Shown: positions 7,168 to 16,572, numbered from the stretch's first letter. The stretch: 32,000 nt of DNA from Microcystis aeruginosa NIES-843 (GCF_000010625.1 NC_010296.1:5730001-5762000); one strand, 5' to 3'. A program made the numbers and translations. Notes: generated by a model not told the origin, from the sequence alone.

Positions 7168-8316
7168 ATGAAAATCGGCGTAATCAAAGAAAGTGACCAA
7201 GGCGAGGCGCGGGTGGCGCTAGTGCCGGATACCGTCGCCCGTTTAGTCAAGGCGGGATTTGAGGTAATTGTCCAAAATGGGGCGGGAATTAGCGCTAACT
7301 TTGCCGATAGTGCCTATAGTGCCCTGGGAGCCGCCCTGAGCGAAAACAGCGAATATATCTATGAAACTGCTGATATTATTCTCAAAGTCGTCCCTCCTAG
7401 CGATAGCGAGATCGATCGCCTGAAAAATGGTGGTATCCTCATCGGCTTTCTCGATCCCCTGCGTCAGCCCCGGCGCATTGCCAAATTAGCCGAGCGCGGG
7501 ATCACCGCTTTGAGCATGGAATTAATTCCCCGCAGTAGTCGCGCCCAGAGTATGGATGCCCTCTCCTCTCAGGCTAACCTCGCCGGTTACAAAGCGGTAC
7601 TCCTCGCCGCCGTGCAGCTGCCGAAAATGTTCCCGATGATGACTACCGCCGCCGGTACGATCGCCCCCGCCAAAGTGCTGGTATTGGGGGCAGGAGTTGC
7701 TGGATTGCAAGCTTGCGCTACCGCCCGCCGTTTGGGGGCAGTGGTGGAGGCTTTTGATATTCGTCCCCAAGTCAAAGAAGAAGTGCAGAGTGTCGGGGCG
7801 AAATTTATTGAAATGCCCCTAGAAGAAGATACCGTCGCCGATAACGGTTACGCCAAAGAGGTTTCCCTTAGCACACAGGAGCGCATTTGTCAAGCCCTAA
7901 CGGAACCAATTAAGCGGGCTGATGTGGTGATCACCACAGCCCAAGTACCGGGGAAACAGGCCCCGCTGCTAGTCACCAAAGAGATGATCGCCACCATGAA
8001 AGCGGGGTCGGTAATCGTTGATTTAGCGGCGGAACAGGGCGGAAATTGCGCCTACACCCAACCGGGACGAGAAATCATCGTTAATGGGGTAAAAATCGTC
8101 GGAGCCGTTAATCTTCCTGCCACAGTGGCCACCAATGCCAGCCAGATGTACGCCAAAAACCTGCAAATGCTGCTACAACTTCTAGTCAGCAAAGAGGGCA
8201 GTTTAAACCTCGATTTTGCCGATGACATCATTGATAGTGCCTGTGTCACCCACGCCGGCGAAATCCGCAACCAACGCATTAAATCCGCCCTCAGTGAACA
8301 GTTATCCGCTTTTTAG
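7168..8316 (+). CDS. pntA: NAD(P) transhydrogenase subunit alpha part 1 (PntAA)
   Basis: 382 aa with an alanine-dehydrogenase/PNT fold, the NAD-binding GAGVAGLQA motif, an AAGGAGA ribosome-binding site, and pntAB and pntB immediately downstream. Confidence 0.92.
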   Translation: MKIGVIKESDQGEARVALVPDTVARLVKAGFEVIVQNGAGISANFADSAYSALGAALSENSEYIYETADIILKVVPPSDSEIDRLKNGGILIGFLDPLRQPRRIAKLAERGITALSMELIPRSSRAQSMDALSSQANLAGYKAVLLAAVQLPKMFPMMTTAAGTIAPAKVLVLGAGVAGLQACATARRLGAVVEAFDIRPQVKEEVQSVGAKFIEMPLEEDTVADNGYAKEVSLSTQERICQALTEPIKRADVVITTAQVPGKQAPLLVTKEMIATMKAGSVIVDLAAEQGGNCAYTQPGREIIVNGVKIVGAVNLPATVATNASQMYAKNLQMLLQLLVSKEGSLNLDFADDIIDSACVTHAGEIRNQRIKSALSEQLSAF

Positions 8317-8317
8317 C

Positions 8318-8433
8318 TATCAGGATTCAGGAGTCAGTATTCAGTATTCAGGAGGCAGTATTCTCCCCACACCCCACACCCCACACCCCACACCCCACAC
8401 CCCACTTCCCCAATCCCCAAACCCTATCCCCTA
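8318..8433. repeat. STRR-like heptamer array in reverse orientation: TCAGGAG/TCAGTAT heptamers, then about 6 x ACCCCAC
   Basis: Read directly. It is the reverse complement of the architecture at 4741-4860 and fills the pntAA-pntAB intercistronic spacer. Confidence 0.9.
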
Positions 8434-8445
8434 TTTCTTTAACCA

Positions 8446-8742
8446 ATGACTGCCCAACTTTTAACCGCTTTAGTGGTATTTGTCCTCGCTTCCTTTGTCG
8501 GTTTCGAGGTGATCAATAAAGTTCCTCCCACTCTCCATACACCCCTGATGTCGGGAGCGAATGCAATTTCAGGTATCGCCGTTGTTGGTGCGCTCCTCAT
8601 CGCCGGAGGCACGGATTGGCACGAATTAACCGTAATTTTAGGGTTAATTGCCGTTATTTTGGCGATGGTTAACGTGGTCGGTGGTTTTGTCGTTACCGAT
8701 CGAATGCTGCAAATGTTCAAGAAAAAAGAGGCTAAATCATGA
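8446..8742 (+). CDS. pntA: NAD(P) transhydrogenase subunit alpha part 2 (PntAB, membrane part)
   Basis: 98-aa hydrophobic protein lying between pntAA and pntB. Its stop overlaps the pntB start (ATGA overlap). Confidence 0.9.
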   Translation: MTAQLLTALVVFVLASFVGFEVINKVPPTLHTPLMSGANAISGIAVVGALLIAGGTDWHELTVILGLIAVILAMVNVVGGFVVTDRMLQMFKKKEAKS

Positions 8743-10148
8743 ATAATGCCCTTATCACAGGGATCGAGTTGTCCTATCTACTTGCCGCCATTTTATTTAT
8801 CATCGGTCTTAAACAATTATCTTCCCCCGCTACCGCCCGTCAAGGCAATTTTCTGGCTGCCATCGGGATGCTAATCGCCATTATTGCCACCTTAATCAAT
8901 CAAGAAATCCTCAGCTATGGTTTAATCGCCGTGGCGTTGGTGATTGGCTCAATTATCGGCTTGGTTTCGGCGCAAAAAGTCCCGATGACAGCTATGCCCC
9001 AAATGGTGGGGATTTTTAACGGTTTAGGCGGTGCTGCCAGTGCTTTAATTGCCATTGGCGAATACTGGCGTTTACTGCAAAGTGGTGAAAATATTGCCTT
9101 TGACTCGATACTGATCGCTATTTTGGGTATATTGATCGGCGGTGTCACTTTTACCGGTAGTGTCCTCGCTTTTGCCAAATTACAGGAATTAATCAGTGGC
9201 GCGCCCGTAACTTTTCCTTTCCAACAACCCTTTAACATTCTCTTGCTACTCACCTTTTTAGGGGGTAGTGTCTATCTCTTTTTTGATCCCACCTCGATCG
9301 ATGTTTTCCTGACCTTGGTGGCACTTTCCTTAATTTTCGGGGCTTTATTCGTGCTTCCCATCGGTGGCGGCGATATGCCCGTGGTTATCTCCCTCTTAAA
9401 CTCTTTTTCGGGACTTGCCGCCAGCGTAGTCGGTTTTATCCTGATGAATAGTATGCTGATCATCGCCGGTGCTTTGGTGGGTGCGTCGGGGATTATCCTG
9501 ACTCAGATCATGTGTAAAGCCATGAATCGATCGCTGGCTAGTGTACTATTTGGGGCATTTGGTACAGGTGCTAGTGCCGGAGGCGAAGCCAGCGCCACTT
9601 CTAGCCTTGATAAATCGGTTCATGCTATTGATTCAGAAGAAGGGGCAATGATGCTCGGTTATGCGCGTTCTGTGGTGATTGTACCCGGTTACGGCATGGC
9701 GGTGGCTCAAGCACAACACGCAGTGCGAGAATTGGCTGAACAGTTGGAAAAAAATGGCGTTGAGGTTAAATATGCTATTCACCCCGTGGCGGGAAGAATG
9801 CCCGGTCACATGAATGTATTACTGGCCGAAGCTAATGTTCCCTATCCGCAACTCTACGATATGGATGATATTAATCCTGAGTTTGAGCGCGTCGATGTGG
9901 CGTTAATTATTGGGGCGAATGATGTGGTTAATCCCGCTGCCCGTCACGATAAGGCTAGTCCGATTTATGGAATGCCAATTCTCGACGTGGATAAGGCACA
10001 GCACACGATCGTGATTAAGCGCAGTATGCGATCGGGTTTTGCCGGGGTAGAAAACGAATTATTCTACAATCCCAAAACCTTTATGCTCTTCGGTAGCGCT
10101 CAAGATGTGGTAGCACAATTAGTATCACAAGTCAAGGATTTGTCATAA
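8739..10148 (+). CDS. pntB: NAD(P) transhydrogenase subunit beta (PntB)
   Basis: 469 aa with a multi-TM N-terminal half. The C-terminal NADP(H) domain carries the VPGYGMAVAQAQH and IGANDVVNP motifs. Confidence 0.93.
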   Translation: MNNALITGIELSYLLAAILFIIGLKQLSSPATARQGNFLAAIGMLIAIIATLINQEILSYGLIAVALVIGSIIGLVSAQKVPMTAMPQMVGIFNGLGGAASALIAIGEYWRLLQSGENIAFDSILIAILGILIGGVTFTGSVLAFAKLQELISGAPVTFPFQQPFNILLLLTFLGGSVYLFFDPTSIDVFLTLVALSLIFGALFVLPIGGGDMPVVISLLNSFSGLAASVVGFILMNSMLIIAGALVGASGIILTQIMCKAMNRSLASVLFGAFGTGASAGGEASATSSLDKSVHAIDSEEGAMMLGYARSVVIVPGYGMAVAQAQHAVRELAEQLEKNGVEVKYAIHPVAGRMPGHMNVLLAEANVPYPQLYDMDDINPEFERVDVALIIGANDVVNPAARHDKASPIYGMPILDVDKAQHTIVIKRSMRSGFAGVENELFYNPKTFMLFGSAQDVVAQLVSQVKDLS

Positions 10149-10162
10149 TTCTTGACAAATAG

Positions 10163-10189
10163 GACGGGGTTTTCACCCCGTCTTTTTTT
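10163..10189 (+). terminator. Rho-independent terminator after pntB
   Basis: GACGGGGT (10163-10170), loop TTTC, ACCCCGTC (10175-10182), followed by T7. Confidence 0.8.
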
Positions 10190-10206
10190 ATCTGATTTTC
10201 CAGAGT

Positions 10207-10446
10207 TTAAAGATAATCCAGAACCAATTCCCCTTTGCTCACTTTTTCGGTAATTAAAGTTCTGACTAACTCTAATTCTTCTAGGGTCACTTTACCATCA
10301 GACCTCATAGCTAGGGCGATTCTTTCCCTTTCCCCTTGAGTGATCACGCCATCAACACTAGCCTGTTCGATAATAGCTCGCAACTTTTCTAGTTCCTGTT
10401 GTTCTTCTGCGGTTAATTCTGCTTGATTAGGACGAGATATTTCCAT
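10207..10446 (-). CDS. Small conserved hypothetical protein (79 aa from the ATG at 10446; the ORF track uses a GTG at 10473)
   Basis: An AAGGAGA motif sits 7 nt upstream of the ATG at 10444-10446. The product is an acidic helical protein: MEISRPNQAELTAEEQQELEKLR... Confidence 0.55.
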   Translation of the reverse strand: MEISRPNQAELTAEEQQELEKLRAIIEQASVDGVITQGERERIALAMRSDGKVTLEELELVRTLITEKVSKGELVLDYL

Positions 10447-10681
10447 AAAAATTTCTCCTTGAGTGATCAACACAAACTTGATAATTTTTTTCTAAGTAGT
10501 AGAACCCATGGCAGTTATCCCCAGTCAGCATCAGCAATCAGGGACAATGATTTTAGCAAGAGCTAGACCTTGATTCTTGACAGGGAGCCACTAAACCTGA
10601 ATAGATGATCGATGATAACTGATAGAGCTTACAGTATAGTGATTAATAGAAGCATTTTGCAAAGAATTATCGAGATAAAGA

Positions 10682-12154
10682 ATGGATATTCGATCGACTG
10701 ACACCTCGCTCCTTACTTGGACAGGAGATACTTTAGCCCTAGGTTTACCAGAAGGAGCCATCGAGATTGCAGGAGAATTGGCAGAATTAAACGATAAACT
10801 AGGGGGAAACCTAGGGGATCTCATCTCCGAGACGGAATTCGAAGGAAAATTAGGCAGCAGTGCGGCGACTCGTCTAGGTGGAGGTCCGATTCGCAAATTA
10901 ATCCTGGTGGGATTGGGAAAAACTGCCGATTTCGACCTGCAAACCCTGCGTCTAGCGGCCGCCGCCATCGCTCGTCTGGCCAAACAACAAAAAAGCCAAG
11001 CTCTGGCCATCAGTTTACCAGTAGTTGGCGATCAGTCCGCCACTGCCGGAGCAATCACGGAAGGGCTGCTGCTGGCCACTCATCAGGATACCCGCTTCAA
11101 GTCCACTAAGGAGGAAAAAGGAGCCAAATTAGAAACCGTCGAGTTATTGGGTTTAGGAGAGCAAGCATCGGCGATCGCCAAGTCCGAGCAAATCTGTTCC
11201 GGGGTGATTCTGGCCAGAGAATTAGTCAATGCTCCCGCTAACACCGTCACCCCCCTGACCATGGCAGAAACCGCCGAGCAAATTGCCGCCGAATACGGAT
11301 TAAGTCTCAACATTCTGGAACAGGAAGAATGCGAAAGCTTGGGCATGGGAGCCTTCCTAGGAGTGGCCAAAGCCTCGGATATTCCCCCAAAATTCCTTCA
11401 TTTAATCTATAAACCCCAAGGAACCCCGAAACGTAAACTAGCAATCGTCGGCAAAAGTTTAACCTTTGATTCCGGCGGTTTGAATATTAAAGGGGCCGGC
11501 AGTGGCATCGAAACCATGAAAATGGATATGGGGGGTGGTGCCGCCACCCTAGGCGCAGCCAAGGCGATCGCCCAATTACAGCCAGAAGTGGAAGTACACT
11601 TTATCTGTCCGGCTACAGAAAATATGATTAGTGGTCGCGCTATGCACCCTGGGGACATTTTAACCGCTTCTAATGGCAAAACTATTGAAGTCAATAACAC
11701 CGATGCCGAGGGACGATTAACCCTGGCCGATGGCTTGGTTTTTGCGGAAAAATTAGAGGTGGATGCGATCGTAGATCTAGCCACTTTAACCGGGGCCTGT
11801 GTCATCGCTTTGGGGGACGATATCGCCGGTTTATGGAGTAGCGATGAGAGTCTCGCAGCTCAAATCCAAGAGGCCGCTAAATTAGCCGGCGAAAAATTCT
11901 GGCCAATGCCCCTAGAAGAAAAATATTTCGAGGGGATGAAGTCTCAAATTGCCGATATGAAAAACACCGGCCCGCGCCCCGGCGGTTCCATTACAGCCGC
12001 TTTATTTTTGAAGCAATTCATTAATAATACTCCCTGGCTCCACCTAGATATCGCAGGACCGGTCTGGTCCGATAAAGAAAATGGCGTTAATAATTCCGGG
12101 GCCACCGGTTTTCCCGTCCGCACTCTAGTTAATTGGGTAATGGCCAATAATTAA
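10682..12154 (+). CDS. pepA: Leucyl aminopeptidase (M17 family)
   Basis: 490 aa with the M17 signature [12 protein letters not shown] and the metal-binding region [11 protein letters not shown]. Confidence 0.93.
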   Translation: MDIRSTDTSLLTWTGDTLALGLPEGAIEIAGELAELNDKLGGNLGDLISETEFEGKLGSSAATRLGGGPIRKLILVGLGKTADFDLQTLRLAAAAIARLAKQQKSQALAISLPVVGDQSATAGAITEGLLLATHQDTRFKSTKEEKGAKLETVELLGLGEQASAIAKSEQICSGVILARELVNAPANTVTPLTMAETAEQIAAEYGLSLNILEQEECESLGMGAFLGVAKASDIPPKFLHLIYKPQGTPKRKLAIVGKSLTFDSGGLNIKGAGSGIETMKMDMGGGAATLGAAKAIAQLQPEVEVHFICPATENMISGRAMHPGDILTASNGKTIEVNNTDAEGRLTLADGLVFAEKLEVDAIVDLATLTGACVIALGDDIAGLWSSDESLAAQIQEAAKLAGEKFWPMPLEEKYFEGMKSQIADMKNTGPRPGGSITAALFLKQFINNTPWLHLDIAGPVWSDKENGVNNSGATGFPVRTLVNWVMANN

Positions 12155-12255
12155 GTTATCGGTGATCGGTAAGCGGTATTAGGTGAGGAGTATTTTCACT
12201 GTTTACTGTTTACCGATCCCTGAAAAATCTGCCCCACCCCTCACCCCTATCTCAA

Positions 12256-12313
12256 GGTCGCGAGAGGACTCCCGTTAAACTGCGTAGCGGTTAACGGGAG
12301 ATGAATCGCGACC
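12256..12313. repeat. Nested palindrome, candidate IS200/IS605 subterminal end hairpin
   Basis: Outer stem GGTCGCGA (12256-12263) pairs with TCGCGACC (12306-12313). Inner stem CTCCCGTTAA (12269-12278) pairs with TTAACGGGAG (12291-12300). Confidence 0.6.
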
Positions 12314-12322
12314 AGAATGAAA

Positions 12323-12541
12323 CTAACGCAGTAGCCTTTCCACTTTTGGGGAGTTTTGGTTCTCGACGTATTTTTTTAGTTGTTCGACAGTAACGTCGCC
12401 ACAACTAGCCACGAAATAAGCTCCCACCCAAAAATAGGGTTTGTTGTCGAAATACTTTGCCGCCAAATCCGGAAATTCTTGTCTAATTAAGCGACTACTA
12501 ACTGTTTTAAGGTTAGCGATTAGTTTGGTCCATGATTGTAA
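12323..12541 (-). pseudogene. tnpA: IS200/IS605 Y1 transposase TnpA, C-terminal ~70 aa only (N-terminal half, which would carry the HUH motif, is missing)
   Basis: My own minus-strand translation gives LQSWTKLIANLKTVSSRLIRQEFPDLAAKYFDNKPYFWVGAYFVASCGDVTVEQLKKYVENQNSPKVERLLR*. It has no start codon and a stop immediately upstream. The pattern matches TnpA C-termini (..SR.LRQEFP......FW..GYF..S.G.V....I..YI.NQ). Confidence 0.75.
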
Positions 12542-12545
12542 TTAG

Positions 12546-12574
12546 TTGATATACTAGGCAGTAAGTGTTACAAT
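12546..12574 (+). promoter_or_regulatory. Near-consensus sigma70-type promoter upstream of tnpB
   Basis: TTGATA (12546-12551), 17-nt spacer, TACAAT (12569-12574). It lies 34 nt upstream of the tnpB GTG, at the junction where tnpA is truncated. Confidence 0.5.
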
Positions 12575-12607
12575 TTAACTATACATCACATCACGAAACT
12601 AACGACA

Positions 12608-13573
12608 GTGATAACGCTTACCTACCAGTACAAACTAAAGGTAAACAGACAACAGGAACGGGAGATAATCCACATTCTTGATGTTGCCAAAAGCGTTTAC
12701 AATTACGCACTCTCGGAACGGAAAGATTGGTTAAACTCTCGAAAGTGTCTTGCGGATCGCTGTTCGCTAGTTTCTGAGTACATAATTCCTGCGGATCAAC
12801 CCTATCCAAATTACTTCGTTCAAGCTAAAAATCTAACGGAAGCTAAAAAAGTTTACCCGATATTAAAGACGGTTAACGCTCAAGTCTTACAGCAAGTTTT
12901 AAAAACTGTAGATAAAGCGTTTGACCATATAAAATCGAAAGGCTTCGGCTTTCCTAGATTTAAGAAAAAGATGCGAAGTTTTGTTTTCCCCGCGCTCTCG
13001 AAAAATTTTCTAGGTGACGAATACTTAAATTTTCCACAATTGGGAAAAATTCGGATTAGGAAATCTAGGGAGTACCCGTCTGGGTTTGAGCCTAAACAAG
13101 CTCGAATTATCCAAAAAGCGTCGGGATTTTACGTTTTGGTTTCTTTCCAATCTCCGGAATTAGTTCCCGATATGACAGTAGGGAAGACCTGTTTAGGAAT
13201 TGACGCGGGAATTGAGAGTTTTGTCGCTACTTCACGGGGAGATTTAATCAAAGCCCCTCGATTTTTGTTGAAAGTACAGAGTAAGCTTAAATTGCTACAA
13301 AGACGCTTGAAACATCAAGTCAAAGGCTCGAACAATTGGTTGAAACTCCAAGATAAGATAGCAAGATTACACGAAAAAGTGTCTAATACTCGTAGAGATT
13401 GGCATTTTAAGTTAGCTCATTACCTTTGCGATCTCGCTGATAATATCTTCGTTGAGGATATTAACTTCGTTTCCTGGTCTAGAGGGATTGTTAGAAAACA
13501 ATCTCTAGATTCGGGTATCGGTAGTTTTATTAATGAGATACTACCGTTTGTTGTTTGGAAACGGGGGAAATAT
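12608..13573 (+). pseudogene. tnpB: TnpB (IS200/IS605 OrfB, RuvC-like RNA-guided nuclease family), N-terminal 322 codons, cut off by the ISL3 insertion
   Basis: The N-terminus MITLTYQYKLKVNRQQE is typical of TnpB. GIDAGIESF (RuvC-I Asp) and IFVEDINF (RuvC-II Glu) are present. The frame runs into the ISL3 inverted repeat at 13574 and stops 13 codons later. Confidence 0.85.
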
Positions 13574-14995
13574 GGCTCTTCGGGAATTGTTATGCAAATA
13601 ATTAACTTAAAATAAAATTCGATGAGAGCGCCTACGCTCAAAAGTAGCTGAAATCCATACAGGGAAGGACTTAAGGCACAAACAGGTTAATACCAAAAGA
13701 TAGACAATTGAGTTAAGATTTGATATAATAGCCAAAAACGAGATTATTTTACTTATGATACTTGACAAATTTTTGAACCTAAAAGGAACCTGTATTCAAG
13801 GCTATCTACACCTAGAAAATATCGGTATAGTTTGCCGAATCGAATCGAAAAATCAAAAAGCAACCTGTCCTCGTTGTGGGTTAGAGAGCGATAAACTCCA
13901 CCAAAATCATCGACATTTAGTCAAAGATTTACCAATCTCAGGTCAACCAGTATACCTACAAATTAATCGTCGTCAATTTAAGTGCGATAATTGTCAGAGA
14001 CCCTTTAGCGAAGAGTTAGATTTTGTCGCCAAGAAACGAACCTATACGAAAAGACTAGCCGCAAATATACTCGAACAATTAAAAGAAGGAGATATTTTAA
14101 ATGTTAGTCGAATAAATGACGTAACGGAAGAAGAGATTCAAAGAATGATAGAGGACATCGCCGAAGAAATTACAGAGCCAGACCTATCGGAATTAAAAAG
14201 ACTAGGAATTGATGAAATCGCTCTAGTCAAAGGACAAAAAAATTACTGTGCGGTTTTAGTAAATTTAGATACGGGAAAACTAATAGCTATTCTAGAGAAG
14301 CGAACACAAGAAGAGTTGAGAGAAACGCTTACGGGCTGGGGAAAAGAGGTGTTAGAGCAAATTGAAGAAGTGAGCATAGACCTTTGGTTGCCTTATAAAA
14401 ATTTGGTGAAAGAATTGATGCCATCGGCCGAAGTAGTCGCCGATAGATTCCATGTAATGAAACAAATTAATCAAGAGTTAGACGAACAGAGAAGAGCAGA
14501 AAAAAGAGCCGTAGAAGCGCAGAAAAATAAAAAACAGAAAGCGGAAAAAGAAGCGAAGCTAGAAGTTTTAAAGCGAAGTAAATATAGCCTGTTAAAAAAT
14601 GAAGAAGATTTAACGGAACCCCAAAAAATTAAACTAGAAGCTATCAAAGAAAAATTCCCAAATTTGAAAAAGATGCAGGAATTAAAGGAAGAATTTAGAA
14701 AGATTTATGAAACCTCAGAGAATCCGACAGAGGGAATGCTATCCATCTCGGAATGGTTGGCAAAATCCTCCAGTGTTTTTACCAAGAGTTGTCAAACAAT
14801 CCGAAACTGGTTTGGAGAAATAATTAGTTATTTCGAGCGAAGGACAACGAATGGGGTGGTCGAGGGAATCAACAATAAACTTAAACTAATAAAACGGAGA
14901 GGCTATGGCTTTAGAAACTTTCGGAATTTTTGGGTTAGAAGTATGTTATCTTGGCATCTTGTATGTTGATTTAGCATAAAGGGTAACGAAGAGCC
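13574..14995 (+). mobile_element. ISL3-family insertion sequence (1422 bp) with an intact transposase and an 8-bp target site duplication
   Basis: Terminal inverted repeats both start GGCTCTTCG (13574-; reverse complement of 14995-) and share TTATGC at positions 17-22. The flanking direct repeat GGAAATAT occurs at 13566-13573 and 14996-15003. Confidence 0.9.
13755..14969 (+). CDS. ISL3-family transposase
   Basis: 404 aa with an N-terminal zinc-binding CPRCG...CDNC region, the lysine-rich middle of a DDE_Tnp_ISL3-type protein, and the C-terminal motif NGVVEGINNKLKLIKRRGYGFRNF. Confidence 0.9.
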   Translation: MILDKFLNLKGTCIQGYLHLENIGIVCRIESKNQKATCPRCGLESDKLHQNHRHLVKDLPISGQPVYLQINRRQFKCDNCQRPFSEELDFVAKKRTYTKRLAANILEQLKEGDILNVSRINDVTEEEIQRMIEDIAEEITEPDLSELKRLGIDEIALVKGQKNYCAVLVNLDTGKLIAILEKRTQEELRETLTGWGKEVLEQIEEVSIDLWLPYKNLVKELMPSAEVVADRFHVMKQINQELDEQRRAEKRAVEAQKNKKQKAEKEAKLEVLKRSKYSLLKNEEDLTEPQKIKLEAIKEKFPNLKKMQELKEEFRKIYETSENPTEGMLSISEWLAKSSSVFTKSCQTIRNWFGEIISYFERRTTNGVVEGINNKLKLIKRRGYGFRNFRNFWVRSMLSWHLVC

Positions 14996-15003
14996 GGAAA
15001 TAT

Positions 15004-15252
15004 TATCTTAAGGTCGATAAAAACGGAACTTCACAGGATTGTCCTAATTGTGGCGCGTTCACTGGTAAAAAGTCGTTATCGGAAAGAGTTCACCGGTGTG
15101 ATTCTTGCGGTAACATCGAACCGAGAGATACGGCATCAGCAAAGGTAATCGAGAACCGAGGAAAAAACGCGGTCGGACTGACCGTGTTAGAAAACGCTCG
15201 CGGAGGCGATTTGACGGGGATCGACCGGGTTAAACTCGGTCGATCTAGTTAA
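15004..15252 (+). pseudogene. tnpB: TnpB C-terminal 82 codons (zinc finger plus RuvC-III), displaced by the ISL3 insertion
   Basis: My translation gives YLKVDKNGTSQDCPNCGAFTGKKSLSERVHRCDSCGNIEPRDTASAKVIENRG...*. It is in frame with 12608-13573 once 13574-15003 is removed. Confidence 0.85.
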
Positions 15253-15305
15253 AAGCCTAAGAACCGAGAATCCCCCGCTACACCGCGCTCCGCGGTTAGC
15301 GGGGG
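15222..15305 (+). ncRNA. Structured tnpB 3' end / right end, candidate omega-RNA (reRNA) scaffold portion
   Basis: One hairpin has a 9-bp stem, GATCGACCG pairing with CGGTCGATC (15222-15248). A second is compound: CCCCCGCTA-CA-CCGCG-CTC-CGCGG-T-TAGCGGGGG (15272-15305). This position, overlapping and following the tnpB stop, is where TnpB guide-RNA scaffolds are encoded. Confidence 0.4.
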
Positions 15306-15387
15306 AGAGTCAATCCCCGATAACTGATAACTGCTAGACTAATTGGGTTACGCTTGCAAGATTAATAAAACCAGTGTCGAGATTAGA

Positions 15388-16572
15388 ATGCAGGGACTTT
15401 TAAGAAAACTTTGGCGCGCGATCGAAAACTTTTTTACCCGACTTTTGGGGGGACAAGGAGGAAAGGGGAAAGTACAAGCGATCGAATCTGTTCCCCTAAC
15501 CGATACAGATTACGAGTTTCTCTATATGCAGTTACTCGATGGAGTGGCCCACGGTTGGCACGAAGGCAGAATTCTGAGATTTTTTGAGAAATTGGGCGAT
15601 CGAGGTCGGCAAAAAGATTGGGTACAATGGTTAGATCGCTTTGGCACCCGTCTGCAATCCTCCGCTTCCCTTAACCAACTTCTCGCCACCAGAATGATCC
15701 GTTTAGGAGAATTAGCCCGCGCTTTCCCGGGGATTGAACGTATTGGTGAAGCTTCCTACGAGATCGGTTATCAACTCTACACCAAAGAAACTGCCACTTT
15801 AATCTGGGAATACGCCGGCGAAGATGAGGCCCCGGGCAGTTATTCCCTGCCGCAACCCCCAGAAAATCTCTTATATTCGGGTGAAACTAGCGATTTTAAC
15901 GGTAATGACCCAGAAAATCCCCAATTAGAAACCCTGACCCTCGATGAATTATTTAACCGTCTGCAAAACGATCCTACCCTGGCGGGCCAAATGGCCGAAC
16001 AATTAGGCATCGAAAATAAGGACGCAGAAAGCATTATTGATAGTCTCATCGCTCAATTTTCCCCCCAGGAGGGTAAAAACCCTGAAACTGCCGAAGATTG
16101 GTTTAATCAGGGCTTAGAACAGGCAAATTTAGGCAATTGGTCAAATGCGATCGCTGATTGGGAACAGGCCTTGACGATCAATCCCCAATTAGCCTCGGCC
16201 TGGCATAATCGTGGTGGTGCCTTAGCCATGATCGGTAACTACGAGGAGGCGTTAAATAGTTATGATCGCGCCCTAGAAATCACCCCCAACGATCACCAAG
16301 TCATTAACGCTAGGGGCAGCGCCCTATACGGACTGCAACGTTGGCAAGAGGCTTTAGAATGTTGGCAACAGGTGCTAGAAGCAGACGATAATTTTTATCA
16401 AGCTTGGTACAATCGCGGCAGTACCCTAGAAAATTTAGGCGAAACCCAAGCAGCGATCGCCTGTTATCAAAAAGCTTTAGGGATTGCGCCAGATTTTGAG
16501 CTTGCCCAAACCCGTCTAGAGGCTTTACTAGGGCAAAAACCGCCCGAAGACGACGGTAATCCCCCCGCCTGA
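15388..16572 (+). CDS. TPR-repeat protein (conserved N-terminal domain plus about 4 C-terminal TPR units)
   Basis: The ORF track starts at a TTG (15343). The first ATG is at 15388 (MQGLLRKLW...). The C-terminal half shows the repeated W.N.G..L...G.Y.EA...Y..AL.I.P pattern. Confidence 0.8.
   Translation: MQGLLRKLWRAIENFFTRLLGGQGGKGKVQAIESVPLTDTDYEFLYMQLLDGVAHGWHEGRILRFFEKLGDRGRQKDWVQWLDRFGTRLQSSASLNQLLATRMIRLGELARAFPGIERIGEASYEIGYQLYTKETATLIWEYAGEDEAPGSYSLPQPPENLLYSGETSDFNGNDPENPQLETLTLDELFNRLQNDPTLAGQMAEQLGIENKDAESIIDSLIAQFSPQEGKNPETAEDWFNQGLEQANLGNWSNAIADWEQALTINPQLASAWHNRGGALAMIGNYEEALNSYDRALEITPNDHQVINARGSALYGLQRWQEALECWQQVLEADDNFYQAWYNRGSTLENLGETQAAIACYQKALGIAPDFELAQTRLEALLGQKPPEDDGNPPA

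Larger units (their letters stand above)
12256..15305 (+). mobile_element. Degenerate IS200/IS605-family element (tnpA remnant divergent from tnpB) carrying a nested ISL3 insertion; outer boundaries approximate
   Basis: Strong subterminal hairpins occur at both ends (12256-12313 and 15272-15305). The tnpA C-terminal fragment is on the minus strand and tnpB on the plus strand. Confidence 0.7.

Noticed and set aside
10591-11010. 139-aa ORF antisense to pepA. Similar antisense or alternate-frame ORFs occur at 7522-7775, 8052-8279, 8439-8720, 8915-9463, 11083-11805, 11944-12147, 19499-20038, 22856-23243, 25309-25969 and 27401-27730.
   Set aside because: All lie inside well-supported conserved genes on the opposite strand or in another frame. 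Their products are low-complexity and Arg/Pro/Ser-rich, which is typical of shadow ORFs.
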